This document shows, piece by piece, positions 9,957 through 20,020 of a stretch of DNA of 64,000 nt. The notes under the pieces are model-generated. The model was not told where the DNA came from. It searched no databases and worked only from the letters and a program-made list of their open reading frames with translations. Origin of the DNA: Erysipelotrichaceae bacterium (lineage in GTDB: Bacteria > Bacillota_I > Bacilli_A > RFN20 > CAG-449); NCBI GenBank assembly GCA_015059095.1, contig SVBA01000006.1:17003-81002 (forward strand). Direction: 5' to 3'. The translations under genes and the position numbers were made by a program. How positions within the stretch are numbered: the first letter of the stretch is position 1; each line of letters opens with the position of its first letter.

Positions 9957-10847
9957 TTATCTCCTTCCATTAAATTTATTTACAATAAATTCTTCTGCGT
10001 CATCTAAAGAAGAAAACCAATTAACATCTAATTGATGATTAAAATATGTGTATTGTCTTTTCGCATAATTTCTCGAATTCTTTTTAATTAATTCTTTAAT
10101 TTCTTCTATATCTTTAGAATTATCTAATCCATCAATAATTTCTTTATATCCAATCGCTTGAAACGACCTTAAATCATGAGGATACTTATCCATTAAAGTT
10201 TTTACTTCTTCAAGTAATCCTGTTTCAAACATGATATCTACTCTTTTATTAATTAGTTCATATAGTTCTTCTCTATCTCTAGTCAATCCAACAAAAGTGA
10301 CATCATAAATTGGCTTATGTTCTTGTTCAGCAACTTGTTCTGATTTCTTTTTTCCTGTTTCAAGATAAATTTGAATTGCTCTTAAAACTCTTTTTCTATT
10401 ATTCATATGAATAACTTTAGTTTCTTCAAAATCTATTTCTTTTAATACTTCATATAATTCTTCATTAGATAGACTTTCATATTTAGACATATCAATAGTA
10501 GATTCTTGTTTATTAAGGTTAAAGTCATAGAAACTAGCCTTTAAATATAAACCGGTTCCACCACAAACAATAATAGGAACATTTCTTTTTTCTAGTTCTT
10601 CTATTTTACTTCTTAAAGTCTTTTGATAATCATAAACAGAAAAACTATATGTTGGTTCTACATAGTCAAAAAGATGGTGAGGAACTTCTTGTCTTTCTTC
10701 TATAGTAGGTTTTGCTGTTCCTATATCCATTTCTTTATAAATTTGGAAAGCATCACCATTAACAATTTCACCATTTAATCTTTTTGCAACTCTAAGTGCT
10801 AATTTTGATTTACCTACACCAGTAGGTCCTACAATACAAATAATCAT
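9957..10847 (-). CDS. miaA: tRNA dimethylallyltransferase
   Basis: The N-terminal P-loop reads IVGPTGVGKS. The conserved GDAFQIYKEMDIGTAKP is present. Confidence 0.9.
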   Translation of the reverse strand: MIICIVGPTGVGKSKLALRVAKRLNGEIVNGDAFQIYKEMDIGTAKPTIEERQEVPHHLFDYVEPTYSFSVYDYQKTLRSKIEELEKRNVPIIVCGGTGLYLKASFYDFNLNKQESTIDMSKYESLSNEELYEVLKEIDFEETKVIHMNNRKRVLRAIQIYLETGKKKSEQVAEQEHKPIYDVTFVGLTRDREELYELINKRVDIMFETGLLEEVKTLMDKYPHDLRSFQAIGYKEIIDGLDNSKDIEEIKELIKKNSRNYAKRQYTYFNHQLDVNWFSSLDDAEEFIVNKFNGRR

Positions 10848-10849
10848 TT

Positions 10850-12670
10850 TTAAATCCCTGAACGTTTAAACATTTTTTCAATATCATATTTTGAAAAATG
10901 AATAATTGTTGGTCTTCCATGAGGACAACAAGTTGGATTATTACATTCAAATAATGTATTAATTAAATCTTCCATTTCTCTTAATGATAACTTATCATGC
11001 GCTTTAATACTCGCTTTACATGCCATAGTAGAAATGACATGTTTTCTTAATGAAGATAAATCTACTTTATCTTTTAAAATAACTTGATTCAATAATTCTT
11101 CAATATAACTACCTTCATCTAATTCTTTAATAAATAAAGGCATCTTTCTAACTTTTAAAGTATTTGATCCAAATAGTTCAACTTCTAATCCAATCTTAGA
11201 TAATAAGTTCAATCTTTCTTCTGTTAATTTCATTACATCTGAAGTAGACAAATTAATCATATATGGAACAAGAGGTTCAACAACTTTAATCGATGAATTC
11301 AATTCCTTATCAAATTTTTCGTAATTAATTCTTTCATTAGCAGCATGTTGATCAATTAAATACATTCCATCTTCGCCTTGACAGATAATATAAGTATTAT
11401 GAATTTGTCCAATAGGAATTAATAAAGGTTTCTTAAAACTTACATTTTTATTTTCTTCTATTTTAACTTCTTCTTTAATTGGAGTAATCACTTCTTCATC
11501 TAAAGAAGGAAGTTCAACTTGAACCGGTTTAACTTCATTTTTATATGCTATAGAAGGACGTGTTATAGACACATCACTCAACACCTCTTCATCATCAAGT
11601 AAAAAAGAAATTTTCTCCTCGATTTTAGGCGAAATTGGAGCTTTTAATGGTTCTTCTTTAATATAAGATGGTCCTGCAGTTAAAGGTTTTCTATCTAATA
11701 AAGTATCTTTAATCATTACATTAATCGCGTCAGTAATTCTATCTTCATTTGACAATCTAATTTCTCTTTTTGAAGGATGAACGTTAACATCAACTAATGA
11801 ATGTTCTACTCTAATTTTTAATACTACAAAAGGATATTTACTATTAAAAATAAAATCACCATACGCATCAATAATTGCTCTTTGAACTTTAGGAATATAT
11901 ACATTTCTTTCATTTAAAATAGTAATCATATAATATCTATTTGATTTTGCAAGTTCTGGTTTACCAATATATCCTTCGATTGAAAAATCTAAATCTTCAT
12001 ATGAAACTTTCATCATCTTTTTAGCAGTTTCATTATTATAAATTCTAGAAATAACTTCAAGCAAATCACCTCTACCAGAAGTGGAGAAAACATGTCTTTC
12101 ATCAATATAAAAATCAAACGCAACATCACATCTAGACATTGCTAAACGTTGCATAACTTCTAATGAATTAGCGTTCTCAGTCACATCAGTTTTTAAGAAT
12201 TTAAGTCTAACTGGAGTATTATAAAATAATTCTTCAATAGTAAAAATTGTTCCTTTTCTAGAAGAATAATCTTCAACGCTCATTTCTTCATTTTCAATTA
12301 CAACTTTTGTACCTACTCCTACACCAGTAGAAGTAGTCATAGTTACTTTACTAACAGAAGCAATAGAAGGAAGAGCCTCACCTCTAAATCCCATTGTTTT
12401 AATCCTGAATAGTTGTCTTTCAGATAATAATTTACTAGATGCGTGACGTTTAAATGCTAAAGTAGAATCTTCTCTATCCATACCACATCCATCATCTTTA
12501 ACGACTATTTTCTTTCTACCTGCCTCATAAACTCTTACTTCAATATGCTTTGCTCCAGCATCAATAGAGTTTTCAACTAATTCTTTAATAACCGAAGATG
12601 GTCTTTCAATAACTTCACCTGCTGCTATCATATTAGCAAGGTGAGAATCCATTACTTTAATATTTGCCAT
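10850..12670 (-). CDS. mutL: DNA mismatch repair protein MutL
   Basis: The N-terminal GHKL ATPase region contains AAGEVIERPSSVIKELVENSIDAG. The product is 606 aa. It overlaps mutS by 1 nt. Confidence 0.95.
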   Translation of the reverse strand: MANIKVMDSHLANMIAAGEVIERPSSVIKELVENSIDAGAKHIEVRVYEAGRKKIVVKDDGCGMDREDSTLAFKRHASSKLLSERQLFRIKTMGFRGEALPSIASVSKVTMTTSTGVGVGTKVVIENEEMSVEDYSSRKGTIFTIEELFYNTPVRLKFLKTDVTENANSLEVMQRLAMSRCDVAFDFYIDERHVFSTSGRGDLLEVISRIYNNETAKKMMKVSYEDLDFSIEGYIGKPELAKSNRYYMITILNERNVYIPKVQRAIIDAYGDFIFNSKYPFVVLKIRVEHSLVDVNVHPSKREIRLSNEDRITDAINVMIKDTLLDRKPLTAGPSYIKEEPLKAPISPKIEEKISFLLDDEEVLSDVSITRPSIAYKNEVKPVQVELPSLDEEVITPIKEEVKIEENKNVSFKKPLLIPIGQIHNTYIICQGEDGMYLIDQHAANERINYEKFDKELNSSIKVVEPLVPYMINLSTSDVMKLTEERLNLLSKIGLEVELFGSNTLKVRKMPLFIKELDEGSYIEELLNQVILKDKVDLSSLRKHVISTMACKASIKAHDKLSLREMEDLINTLFECNNPTCCPHGRPTIIHFSKYDIEKMFKRSGI

Positions 12671-15198
12671 TATTTATCACCCATCTTTCTTTTTAATTCA
12701 TATAAATAATTTAACGCTTGAAGAGGAGACATTGATAGAGGATCCAATGTTTTAAGTTCATCAACCCATTTAGGCAATTTCACTTCACTAACCTTCATAA
12801 CATTAGAATTTGTCTTAACTTCTTCTTTTAATAGATCTTCTAAAATTTCACTTGCTCTAGAAATTAACTCGCTTGGTAAATTTGCTAATTTAGCAACATT
12901 AATACCATAAGACTTACCCATCGCACCTTCTTCTACTTTATACAATAAAGTAATATCATTTTCATTTTCAGAAACTGCAACGTGAACATTTTTAATCATA
13001 GATAATTTATTTTCAATTGAAGTGATTTCATGATAATGAGTAGAGAACATCGTTTTTGCTCTAATTTTAGTTGCTATATATTCTAAAATTCCTTGAGCTA
13101 ATGCCATACCATCAAAAGTAGCAGTACCTCTACCAATTTCATCAAAAATCATTAACGAATTACTAGTTGCATGTCTAAGAGCATAATTAGTTTCACTCAT
13201 TTCCACCATAAATGTAGATTGACCAGAAACCAAATCATCTGATGCACCAATTCTAGTAAAGATTTGATCAAAGATCATTAAATCTGCTTTATCACAAGGA
13301 ACAAAACACCCGATTTGAGCCATAACAACAGTTAAAGCAAATTGTCTCATATAAGTAGATTTACCACCCATATTAGGACCAGTAATAACTAGAATATCCG
13401 TATCTTTATCCATTTTTATATCATTAGGAACATACTCAGAATTATTCATTACTTTCTCAATAACAGGATGTCTACCATTAATAATTTCAATTCTTCTTTC
13501 TTCATTAAATGTAGGTCTTACGTAATGATTTTCTAATGAAACTTCTGCAAAAGAAATTAATACATCAACATAAGAAATTAATTGTGCTAAAACTTGTAAT
13601 CTTTCAGTATAAGTCACCACATATTTTCTTAATTGAGTAAATAATTCATATTCTAAAGCACATCTTCTTTCATCTGCAGTTAAAATCATTGCTTCTTGTT
13701 CTTTTAATTCACGAGTGATAAATCTTTCAGAATTAATAGTAGTTTGCTTTCTTTCATAACCCCATTCTTCTTGAATCTTATCTAATTGACCTCTAGTAAC
13801 TTCAATATAATATCCAAAGACTTTATTAAATCCTACTTTTAAAGTAGAGATACCTGTCTTTTCTTTTTCTCTTGCTTCTAAATTAGCTACCCATTCTTTA
13901 CCACCTTTAGACATTACTAATAAATCATCTAAAGTTTGATTATAGCCTTGTTTAAAAATTCCACCTTCTTTAACAGTAATTGGTGCATCATCAGAAATCG
14001 AAGCTTCTAAAGTAGCAACTAATTCTGAAAAATCAAAATCCATACCAGGTAAAGAATTAATATATGCATTATCTAGTTGTCTTAAGTTATAAATTAAACC
14101 TGGAGTTAATTCTAAAGATCTTTTTAATTGTAATAAATCTCTACCATTACATGAACCAAAATTAATTTTAGAAACCAATCTTTCTAAATCATAAATTTCC
14201 TTTAAGTTTTTAATTAAATCTCCTCTAATCAAGAAATTATTCATTAAAGATTCAACGATATCTAATCTAGTATTAATTTCATTAATATCAGTAACAGGTT
14301 TAACAATCCATTTTTTTAACAATCTAGAACCCATATTAGTTTGAGTTTCATCTAATAACCAAAATAATGTACCCCTAGATTCTTCACTTCTAATAGTTCT
14401 AGTTAGTTCTAAATTGTTTCTAGAGAAAGAATCAATTTGCATAGCTTGATTAGATCTAATAACCTTACAAGGCCACATATAATCTAAAGTATTCTTTTGA
14501 GTATTTTTCAAATAGTTATATAATCTAACAACATTTTTTCTTTGTTCTAAATCATAAACATTAGTTAAAATATATTCATGTTCAATAGAAGCTAAATTAT
14601 CATTTTCGTAAGAAACTAATACATGCTTTCTATTTTTTAATAACATAATTTCGTGAGCGTCAAAGCTAGTAGAAGTAATAACTTCTTTAATGGCAAGATT
14701 TTCAATTTCACTACAAACAACTTCAATATCCTTTTCCAAATTTTCAACATACATTTCACCAGTAGAAACATCAGCATATGAAAAAATATAATAATTACTT
14801 GTTGCATCTAAACATCCAATATAGTTATTATCTTTTGATTTCATATCAATAACTGCTCCTGGAGTAATAATTTGAACTACATCTCTTTCTACAATTCCTT
14901 TTGCAGTCGCAGGATCTTCTACTTGTTCTACAATCCCAACTTTATATCCTTTTTTTACTAGTTTATCAATGTACGATGAAGCAGCATGATGAGGAACCCC
15001 ACACATTGGAACTCTTTCTTCAACACCTGCTGATTTACCAGTTAAAACTAATTGTAATTCTCTAGAAGCAATTTTTGCATCTTCAAAAAATAATTCATAG
15101 AAATCTCCAACTCTATAAAGAATCAAAGTATCACTATGATTCGCCTTAACTTGTAAATATTGTTGTATCATTGGTGAATATTGTTTTACTTTTGCCAT
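12670..15198 (-). CDS. mutS: DNA mismatch repair protein MutS
   Basis: It is 842 aa. Walker A is GPNMGGKST. An N-terminal mismatch-binding domain is present. Confidence 0.95.
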   Translation of the reverse strand: MAKVKQYSPMIQQYLQVKANHSDTLILYRVGDFYELFFEDAKIASRELQLVLTGKSAGVEERVPMCGVPHHAASSYIDKLVKKGYKVGIVEQVEDPATAKGIVERDVVQIITPGAVIDMKSKDNNYIGCLDATSNYYIFSYADVSTGEMYVENLEKDIEVVCSEIENLAIKEVITSTSFDAHEIMLLKNRKHVLVSYENDNLASIEHEYILTNVYDLEQRKNVVRLYNYLKNTQKNTLDYMWPCKVIRSNQAMQIDSFSRNNLELTRTIRSEESRGTLFWLLDETQTNMGSRLLKKWIVKPVTDINEINTRLDIVESLMNNFLIRGDLIKNLKEIYDLERLVSKINFGSCNGRDLLQLKRSLELTPGLIYNLRQLDNAYINSLPGMDFDFSELVATLEASISDDAPITVKEGGIFKQGYNQTLDDLLVMSKGGKEWVANLEAREKEKTGISTLKVGFNKVFGYYIEVTRGQLDKIQEEWGYERKQTTINSERFITRELKEQEAMILTADERRCALEYELFTQLRKYVVTYTERLQVLAQLISYVDVLISFAEVSLENHYVRPTFNEERRIEIINGRHPVIEKVMNNSEYVPNDIKMDKDTDILVITGPNMGGKSTYMRQFALTVVMAQIGCFVPCDKADLMIFDQIFTRIGASDDLVSGQSTFMVEMSETNYALRHATSNSLMIFDEIGRGTATFDGMALAQGILEYIATKIRAKTMFSTHYHEITSIENKLSMIKNVHVAVSENENDITLLYKVEEGAMGKSYGINVAKLANLPSELISRASEILEDLLKEEVKTNSNVMKVSEVKLPKWVDELKTLDPLSMSPLQALNYLYELKRKMGDK

Positions 15199-15340
15199 AC
15201 TTCAACACCTCGTTATAGATAATATTATAAATGAAATATTATCTATTTTGTAGTAGTAAAACACTAAAAAATAACACTATTTTAAGCTAGTGTCATTAAT
15301 TTTCCATTTTAGGAATCAAATTTTAGTAAAAATCATTTGA

Positions 15341-15886
15341 TTAAGATTTATGTTCTTCTCCATCTTGAGTAGAAACAACATCATTAATGTAATTAGGGTT
15401 TACATTCATTACAATTTCTTCTTCAATCGATACATCTTCTACATAATCATCTGAACAATTAACAACTAACAAAGCTTCTTGAAAAGTATCCACATAATAC
15501 AAAGCCTCTATTTTTAATTTAATTTTTTTATTTTCATCTAACTCCATACTAGTACAAGAAGGATACTTTGGAACATAAACTTTAGTATATATTTCATTAT
15601 CAATAACTTTTAAATCACGATATGACATATTAACCTTTTCATAGAATTCAATGGTTTCATTATATACTTCGGATTTTTGATTATTATTTAAAGCGTACCA
15701 TAATTGAATATCATATGATCCTTTAACAAAAATATCGAGGTTTTCTCGAATAATCTCGTGTTTTAAGTTAATTATCCAGCATCCTAAAGTTTTAGAAATA
15801 TCATTAGAAATAAACAATTCTTTTTCTATCACTTGGTTAATTTTTCCTTTACCAGTTAAAGTTTTAGCCATTATTTCTCTATACAT
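15341..15886 (-). CDS. cotE: CotE-like outer spore coat morphogenetic protein
   Basis: The N-terminus MYREIMAKTL...GCWIINLKHE resembles B. subtilis CotE (MSEYREIITKAV...GGWIINHKY), and the C-terminus is acidic. It sits immediately upstream of mutS, as in the Bacillus ymcB-ymcA-cotE-mutS-mutL order. Confidence 0.65.
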   Translation of the reverse strand: MYREIMAKTLTGKGKINQVIEKELFISNDISKTLGCWIINLKHEIIRENLDIFVKGSYDIQLWYALNNNQKSEVYNETIEFYEKVNMSYRDLKVIDNEIYTKVYVPKYPSCTSMELDENKKIKLKIEALYYVDTFQEALLVVNCSDDYVEDVSIEEEIVMNVNPNYINDVVSTQDGEEHKS

Positions 15887-15931
15887 AAAAAACCTCCTAT
15901 TTCAATATATGAAATAAGAGGAAAATTATTA

Positions 15932-16882
15932 TTAAAAGAATGAAAAGGTCTTTTCTCCTACAAGCAAATAATAAGTGTCCATGTTACCTTCTTCAAAAAA
16001 GAAGACATTCTCTAGATGCACATTAATTCTTCCAAACTCAGTCTCTAAATATCCTTTCGGCATATTCTCAGTAATAACATCATATGGGTATTTAATAAAT
16101 TCATATTCAGACAATCCTTCAAATTCACCAATTCTACTACCATCACTTCTATATGCTTCAAATGTATCTATGTAAGTCACAAAAGAATTTGCTTGTAAAT
16201 CTGGATAAATAAAATCTATATAATCACCCAAATATTTATAATGTTTTTTATTAACACTAATGTAGTCATTTGTTATTCTTATATCGTATCTATTATCACA
16301 AGTAAGTAAAGAATATTCAACAAAATTTCCGCCAGTTACTGCCCAATTATCACCAGTTTCTAAAACAACTTTTGAATCTAATAGCTTAAACACTTTACTT
16401 ATATCTTCTTCATTAGAACTGTATTTTATCTCATTCATTCTTCCAGGAGCAACTCCAATATGTCCATTAACTAATTTCACTTTATTAATTTCATTTATAT
16501 TAATATCTGGTATATTTAAAACATTCTTTAAAGTAAATCTAGGATTTCCTATTTCTCCATTTTGATGAGTGTAAATAGTAGTATCTTTATTAGGCATAAC
16601 AAATCTAACTACATCACAATATGTTTCACATGTTCTAGAAGCATCTTCACCTTGTGCAACTATTATTTCATCATCTAATATAATTCCAACAGAAGGACCA
16701 GATCTAAATGCCAAATGAACTTCAACAATTGTTCCTTCTTCATATTCATCTTCTAATGGATGCATTAAAAGTTCCCAGTTATCCACCACTTCTAATTTAT
16801 GAATGTTATCATGAGAATTACATGATGTTAAAGGACAAATAAGACAAATAATAGTTAACATTTTAAATATCAATTTTTTCAT
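15932..16882 (-). CDS. Hypothetical lipoprotein
   Basis: It has a signal peptide with the lipobox LTSC at residues 18-21. There is no recognisable catalytic motif. It is inserted between the ymcA-like and cotE-like genes. Confidence 0.55.
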   Translation of the reverse strand: MKKLIFKMLTIICLICPLTSCNSHDNIHKLEVVDNWELLMHPLEDEYEEGTIVEVHLAFRSGPSVGIILDDEIIVAQGEDASRTCETYCDVVRFVMPNKDTTIYTHQNGEIGNPRFTLKNVLNIPDININEINKVKLVNGHIGVAPGRMNEIKYSSNEEDISKVFKLLDSKVVLETGDNWAVTGGNFVEYSLLTCDNRYDIRITNDYISVNKKHYKYLGDYIDFIYPDLQANSFVTYIDTFEAYRSDGSRIGEFEGLSEYEFIKYPYDVITENMPKGYLETEFGRINVHLENVFFFEEGNMDTYYLLVGEKTFSFF

Positions 16883-17083
16883 TTCTTACTCCTTTCATAA
16901 AATAAATTATTACGCCTAATAAGTTATCATTCGATTCATAAATGCGACATATAAATATTTATGTTCACCTATATTATAAAAAATGTAGCCAAATATTACA
17001 CGATACTTTTTAAAATATCACATGTTACTTTTTAAGTATCATTAAATTAACTACACTTTTTACATATAAACCGAATTCTTTAT

Positions 17084-17116
17084 CAAAAAAACTTACGCCT
17101 TTTTATAGCGTAAGTT
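17084..17116 (-). terminator. Rho-independent terminator after the ymcA-like gene
   Basis: On the minus strand, the hairpin AACTTACGC-N9-GCGTAAGTT is followed by UUUUUUGAU. It overlaps the stop codon. Confidence 0.5.
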
Positions 17117-17444
17117 ATTTGAGTTCTAATCGATTTTTTAATTCATCTAATAAATAAGAAACTTCTTCTTGCATCACATTAAAGTTTACAATAAGATGAT
17201 GTCTATCATATCTATCTTTTAATTCTAGATAAATCTTTTTATTTTCATTATAAGAAGGAGTACCTAAAGAAAGCGCCATTTCTTTTTGTGCTTTCTTTAA
17301 TGAAGATTGCAAATCTTTAATTTCACTAGATTCAAGAATTTCTTTTTTTAATAGAAGATATTGTTTAACTTCTTTAACTTGTAAGAAGTCTTCAATAAAT
17401 TCATCTAGCTTATTTTTTAGTTCACTATTCATTAACTTCTTCAC
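17115..17444 (-). CDS. YmcA/YlbF-family (RicA-like) regulatory protein
   Basis: It is 109 aa and helical. Its position between miaB (ymcB) and cotE matches Bacillus ymcA. The call rests on synteny plus weak sequence resemblance. Confidence 0.5.
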   Translation of the reverse strand: MKKLMNSELKNKLDEFIEDFLQVKEVKQYLLLKKEILESSEIKDLQSSLKKAQKEMALSLGTPSYNENKKIYLELKDRYDRHHLIVNFNVMQEEVSYLLDELKNRLELK

Positions 17445-18873
17445 CTTTTAAGTAATATGTAGTAGCCTCAGTAATTTTTACATTTACAATCTTACCTACA
17501 TGAGTATAATCACCCTTGAAGTTAACTAATTTATTAGTATCAGAATATCCTGAAAGAATATTCTTATCCTTTTTTGAAGTACCTTCTACAAGAACTGGAA
17601 TTATTTTTCCTACATAAGCTTCAGCTTTCTCTCTTTCATAGATTGCTAAAGTTTTAACAAGTTCTTTAAATCTAGCTTGTTTTACTTCATGTGGAGTTTT
17701 ATCTTCCATTTTTGCCCCTGGAGTACCTACTCTAGGAGAATAAATAAATGTAAATGCTGAATCATATTTTACATATCTAACAACATTTAATGTATCTTCA
17801 AAATCTTGATCCGTTTCATTTGGGAAACCAACAATAATATCTGTTGAAATAGAAACATTAGGAATAATTTCTCTTAATTTATCAACTAATGCACAATACT
17901 CTTTTGAAGTATATCTTCTACCCATTCTTCTTAAAACATCATCACTACCAGATTGAAGAGGAAGATGTATAAAAGGCATAATATTTGGATAAGTACCCAT
18001 TGCCTTAAACATTTCTTCAGTGAAATCCCAAGGATGAGAAGTAGTAAATCTTAATCTAGGAATACCTAATTTAGCAACTTCAACTAATAATTCACCAAAA
18101 CTAGAACCATCATCTAAATCTTTTCCATAAGCATTTACGTTTTGACCTAGTAAAGTAATTTCTTGATAGCCTTCTTCAACTAATGCCTTACATTCTTTTA
18201 AAATATCTTCTTTAATTCTAGATCTTTGTTTACCTCTAGTATAAGGAACAATGCAATAAGTACAGAATTTATCACATCCATACATAATATTTACAAAAGC
18301 TTTAATCTTATCAGAACGATGACAAGGCATATTTTCAATTACTTCGCCTTCTTTAGAATATACTTCAACAATTCTTACATTCTTTTCCATAGATTCTAAA
18401 ATCAATTGAGGAAGATGATGAATATTATGAGTGCCAAAAATTAAATCCACTTGAGGATAAGTTTTTTGAATTTTTTCTACGATATGAGGTTGCTGAGTCA
18501 TACATCCACAAACACCAATAATAGCATTAGGATTTTTAGTTTTTAATGCTTTTAATGAGCCAATTTCACCAAAGACTTTATCTTCAGCATTTTCTCTAAT
18601 CGCACAAGTATTTAAAATTACTAAATCTGCTTCCATTGGATTATCAGTATATTCATAGCCAACTTCACGTAAAATACCTTCAATTGTTTGACCATCTAAT
18701 ACATTAGCTTGACATCCATAAGTACGAATAAAATATTTTTTATCTTTCGCAATTAAAGATAATTTGCTAGGTACTACTAAATTGTCTCTTATAAAAATGA
18801 TTGGTTCTCTTTTATTACGTTTTGCTGCTTGTTTTAAATCAGGACTAGCGTTAATTACTACTTTCTTTTTCAT
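17425..18873 (-). CDS. miaB: tRNA-i6A37 methylthiotransferase (radical SAM)
   Basis: The MTTase N-terminal domain contains YGCQANVLD. The radical-SAM motif is CDKFCTYC. A C-terminal TRAM domain is present. Confidence 0.9.
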   Translation of the reverse strand: MKKKVVINASPDLKQAAKRNKREPIIFIRDNLVVPSKLSLIAKDKKYFIRTYGCQANVLDGQTIEGILREVGYEYTDNPMEADLVILNTCAIRENAEDKVFGEIGSLKALKTKNPNAIIGVCGCMTQQPHIVEKIQKTYPQVDLIFGTHNIHHLPQLILESMEKNVRIVEVYSKEGEVIENMPCHRSDKIKAFVNIMYGCDKFCTYCIVPYTRGKQRSRIKEDILKECKALVEEGYQEITLLGQNVNAYGKDLDDGSSFGELLVEVAKLGIPRLRFTTSHPWDFTEEMFKAMGTYPNIMPFIHLPLQSGSDDVLRRMGRRYTSKEYCALVDKLREIIPNVSISTDIIVGFPNETDQDFEDTLNVVRYVKYDSAFTFIYSPRVGTPGAKMEDKTPHEVKQARFKELVKTLAIYEREKAEAYVGKIIPVLVEGTSKKDKNILSGYSDTNKLVNFKGDYTHVGKIVNVKITEATTYYLKGEEVNE

Positions 18874-18883
18874 AAATTCCTTC

Positions 18884-19147
18884 CTATCTTTTTTCTACTT
18901 TTAATTTAATTGCTGTTTTTTGTTTACCTTCAATTAATATTTCTTTAAAACTAGGTGTTACCCATATTTCTATTCCTGAAGGAGTAAGAAATCCTCTCGC
19001 GATTGCTAAAGCCTTGATTGCTTGATTAAGCGAACCTGCTCCTACAGTAGAAACTTCTAAACTTGATTGTTCACGCATAATATTGCTGATTGCACCTGCA
19101 ACTGCAGATACATTTGAACTAGATGCGACTTTAATTTGTTGTATCAT
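18884..19147 (-). CDS. spoVS: Stage V sporulation protein S
   Basis: It is 87 aa. The segment KVASSSNVSAVAGAI...AIKALAIARGF closely resembles SpoVS. It lies downstream of ymdB, as in Bacillus. Confidence 0.85.
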   Translation of the reverse strand: MIQQIKVASSSNVSAVAGAISNIMREQSSLEVSTVGAGSLNQAIKALAIARGFLTPSGIEIWVTPSFKEILIEGKQKTAIKLKVEKR

Positions 19148-19195
19148 ATTTTTCTCCTTTTACACAAAATTATGTAAAAGAAGTTTATTTTATTA

Positions 19196-19975
19196 CTAAT
19201 CTAAAATTTCATAAATTGTTTGAATTCTTTCACATTCATATGTTTCATCATTAAACGAAAGAATTACACCAGAGAAAATTCCTTCTCCATCTTCCTTGAC
19301 ATTAAATGGAGTAGGAAGAGAAGTCCATGTTCTTTTTACAACATCTTCCTTTTTGACTCCTAAAATACTATCATAAGGACCACACATACCAACATCAGAA
19401 ATATACGCTGTTCCATTAGGCAAAATTCGATTATCTCTAGTTTGAACATGAGTATGAGTTCCTAATACCGCACTTACTTTTCCATCAAAAGCATGTGCTA
19501 ACGCATATTTTTCTCCAGTAGCTTCCGCATGGAAATCTACAATATGAATATCTGAATCATCTGAAGCACAAATAGTATCCAAATCATCAAAAGGATTATT
19601 GACATCAATAGCCATATAGACTCGACCAAGTAAATTAGTCACCCTAATTTTAACACCATTAACATCAAATACACCAGTACCAGTTCCTGGAACTGAATGA
19701 TGCAAATTATTAGGTCTTAATAATCCTTCATATGAATCTAAGAAGTTGAAAATATCTTTTTTATTCGCATAATGATTACCTAAAGTTACAACATCAACTC
19801 CAGCATCAAATAACTCATTTAAATGATCTTCACTTAATCCTTTACCATGAGTTGCATTTTCACCATTTGCAATAATAAAATCAATTGGTTCTTTACTAGT
19901 AATTCTATCTATCATCATAGAAATAATGTTTCTGCCCATACTTCCTACAACATCACCAATGAATAAAATTTTCAT
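19196..19975 (-). CDS. ymdB: YmdB-family metallophosphoesterase (TIGR00282, 2',3'-cyclic-nucleotide phosphodiesterase)
   Basis: It starts MKILFIGDVVGSMGR...ANGENATHGKG. The start is the ATG at 19975, preceded by GGAGGTG. The ORF track begins 33 nt upstream. Confidence 0.85.
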   Translation of the reverse strand: MKILFIGDVVGSMGRNIISMMIDRITSKEPIDFIIANGENATHGKGLSEDHLNELFDAGVDVVTLGNHYANKKDIFNFLDSYEGLLRPNNLHHSVPGTGTGVFDVNGVKIRVTNLLGRVYMAIDVNNPFDDLDTICASDDSDIHIVDFHAEATGEKYALAHAFDGKVSAVLGTHTHVQTRDNRILPNGTAYISDVGMCGPYDSILGVKKEDVVKRTWTSLPTPFNVKEDGEGIFSGVILSFNDETYECERIQTIYEILD

Positions 19976-20020
19976 ACCTTCACCTCCAAAAGTGTTAAAA
20001 GAGACCAAAATGGTCTCTTA

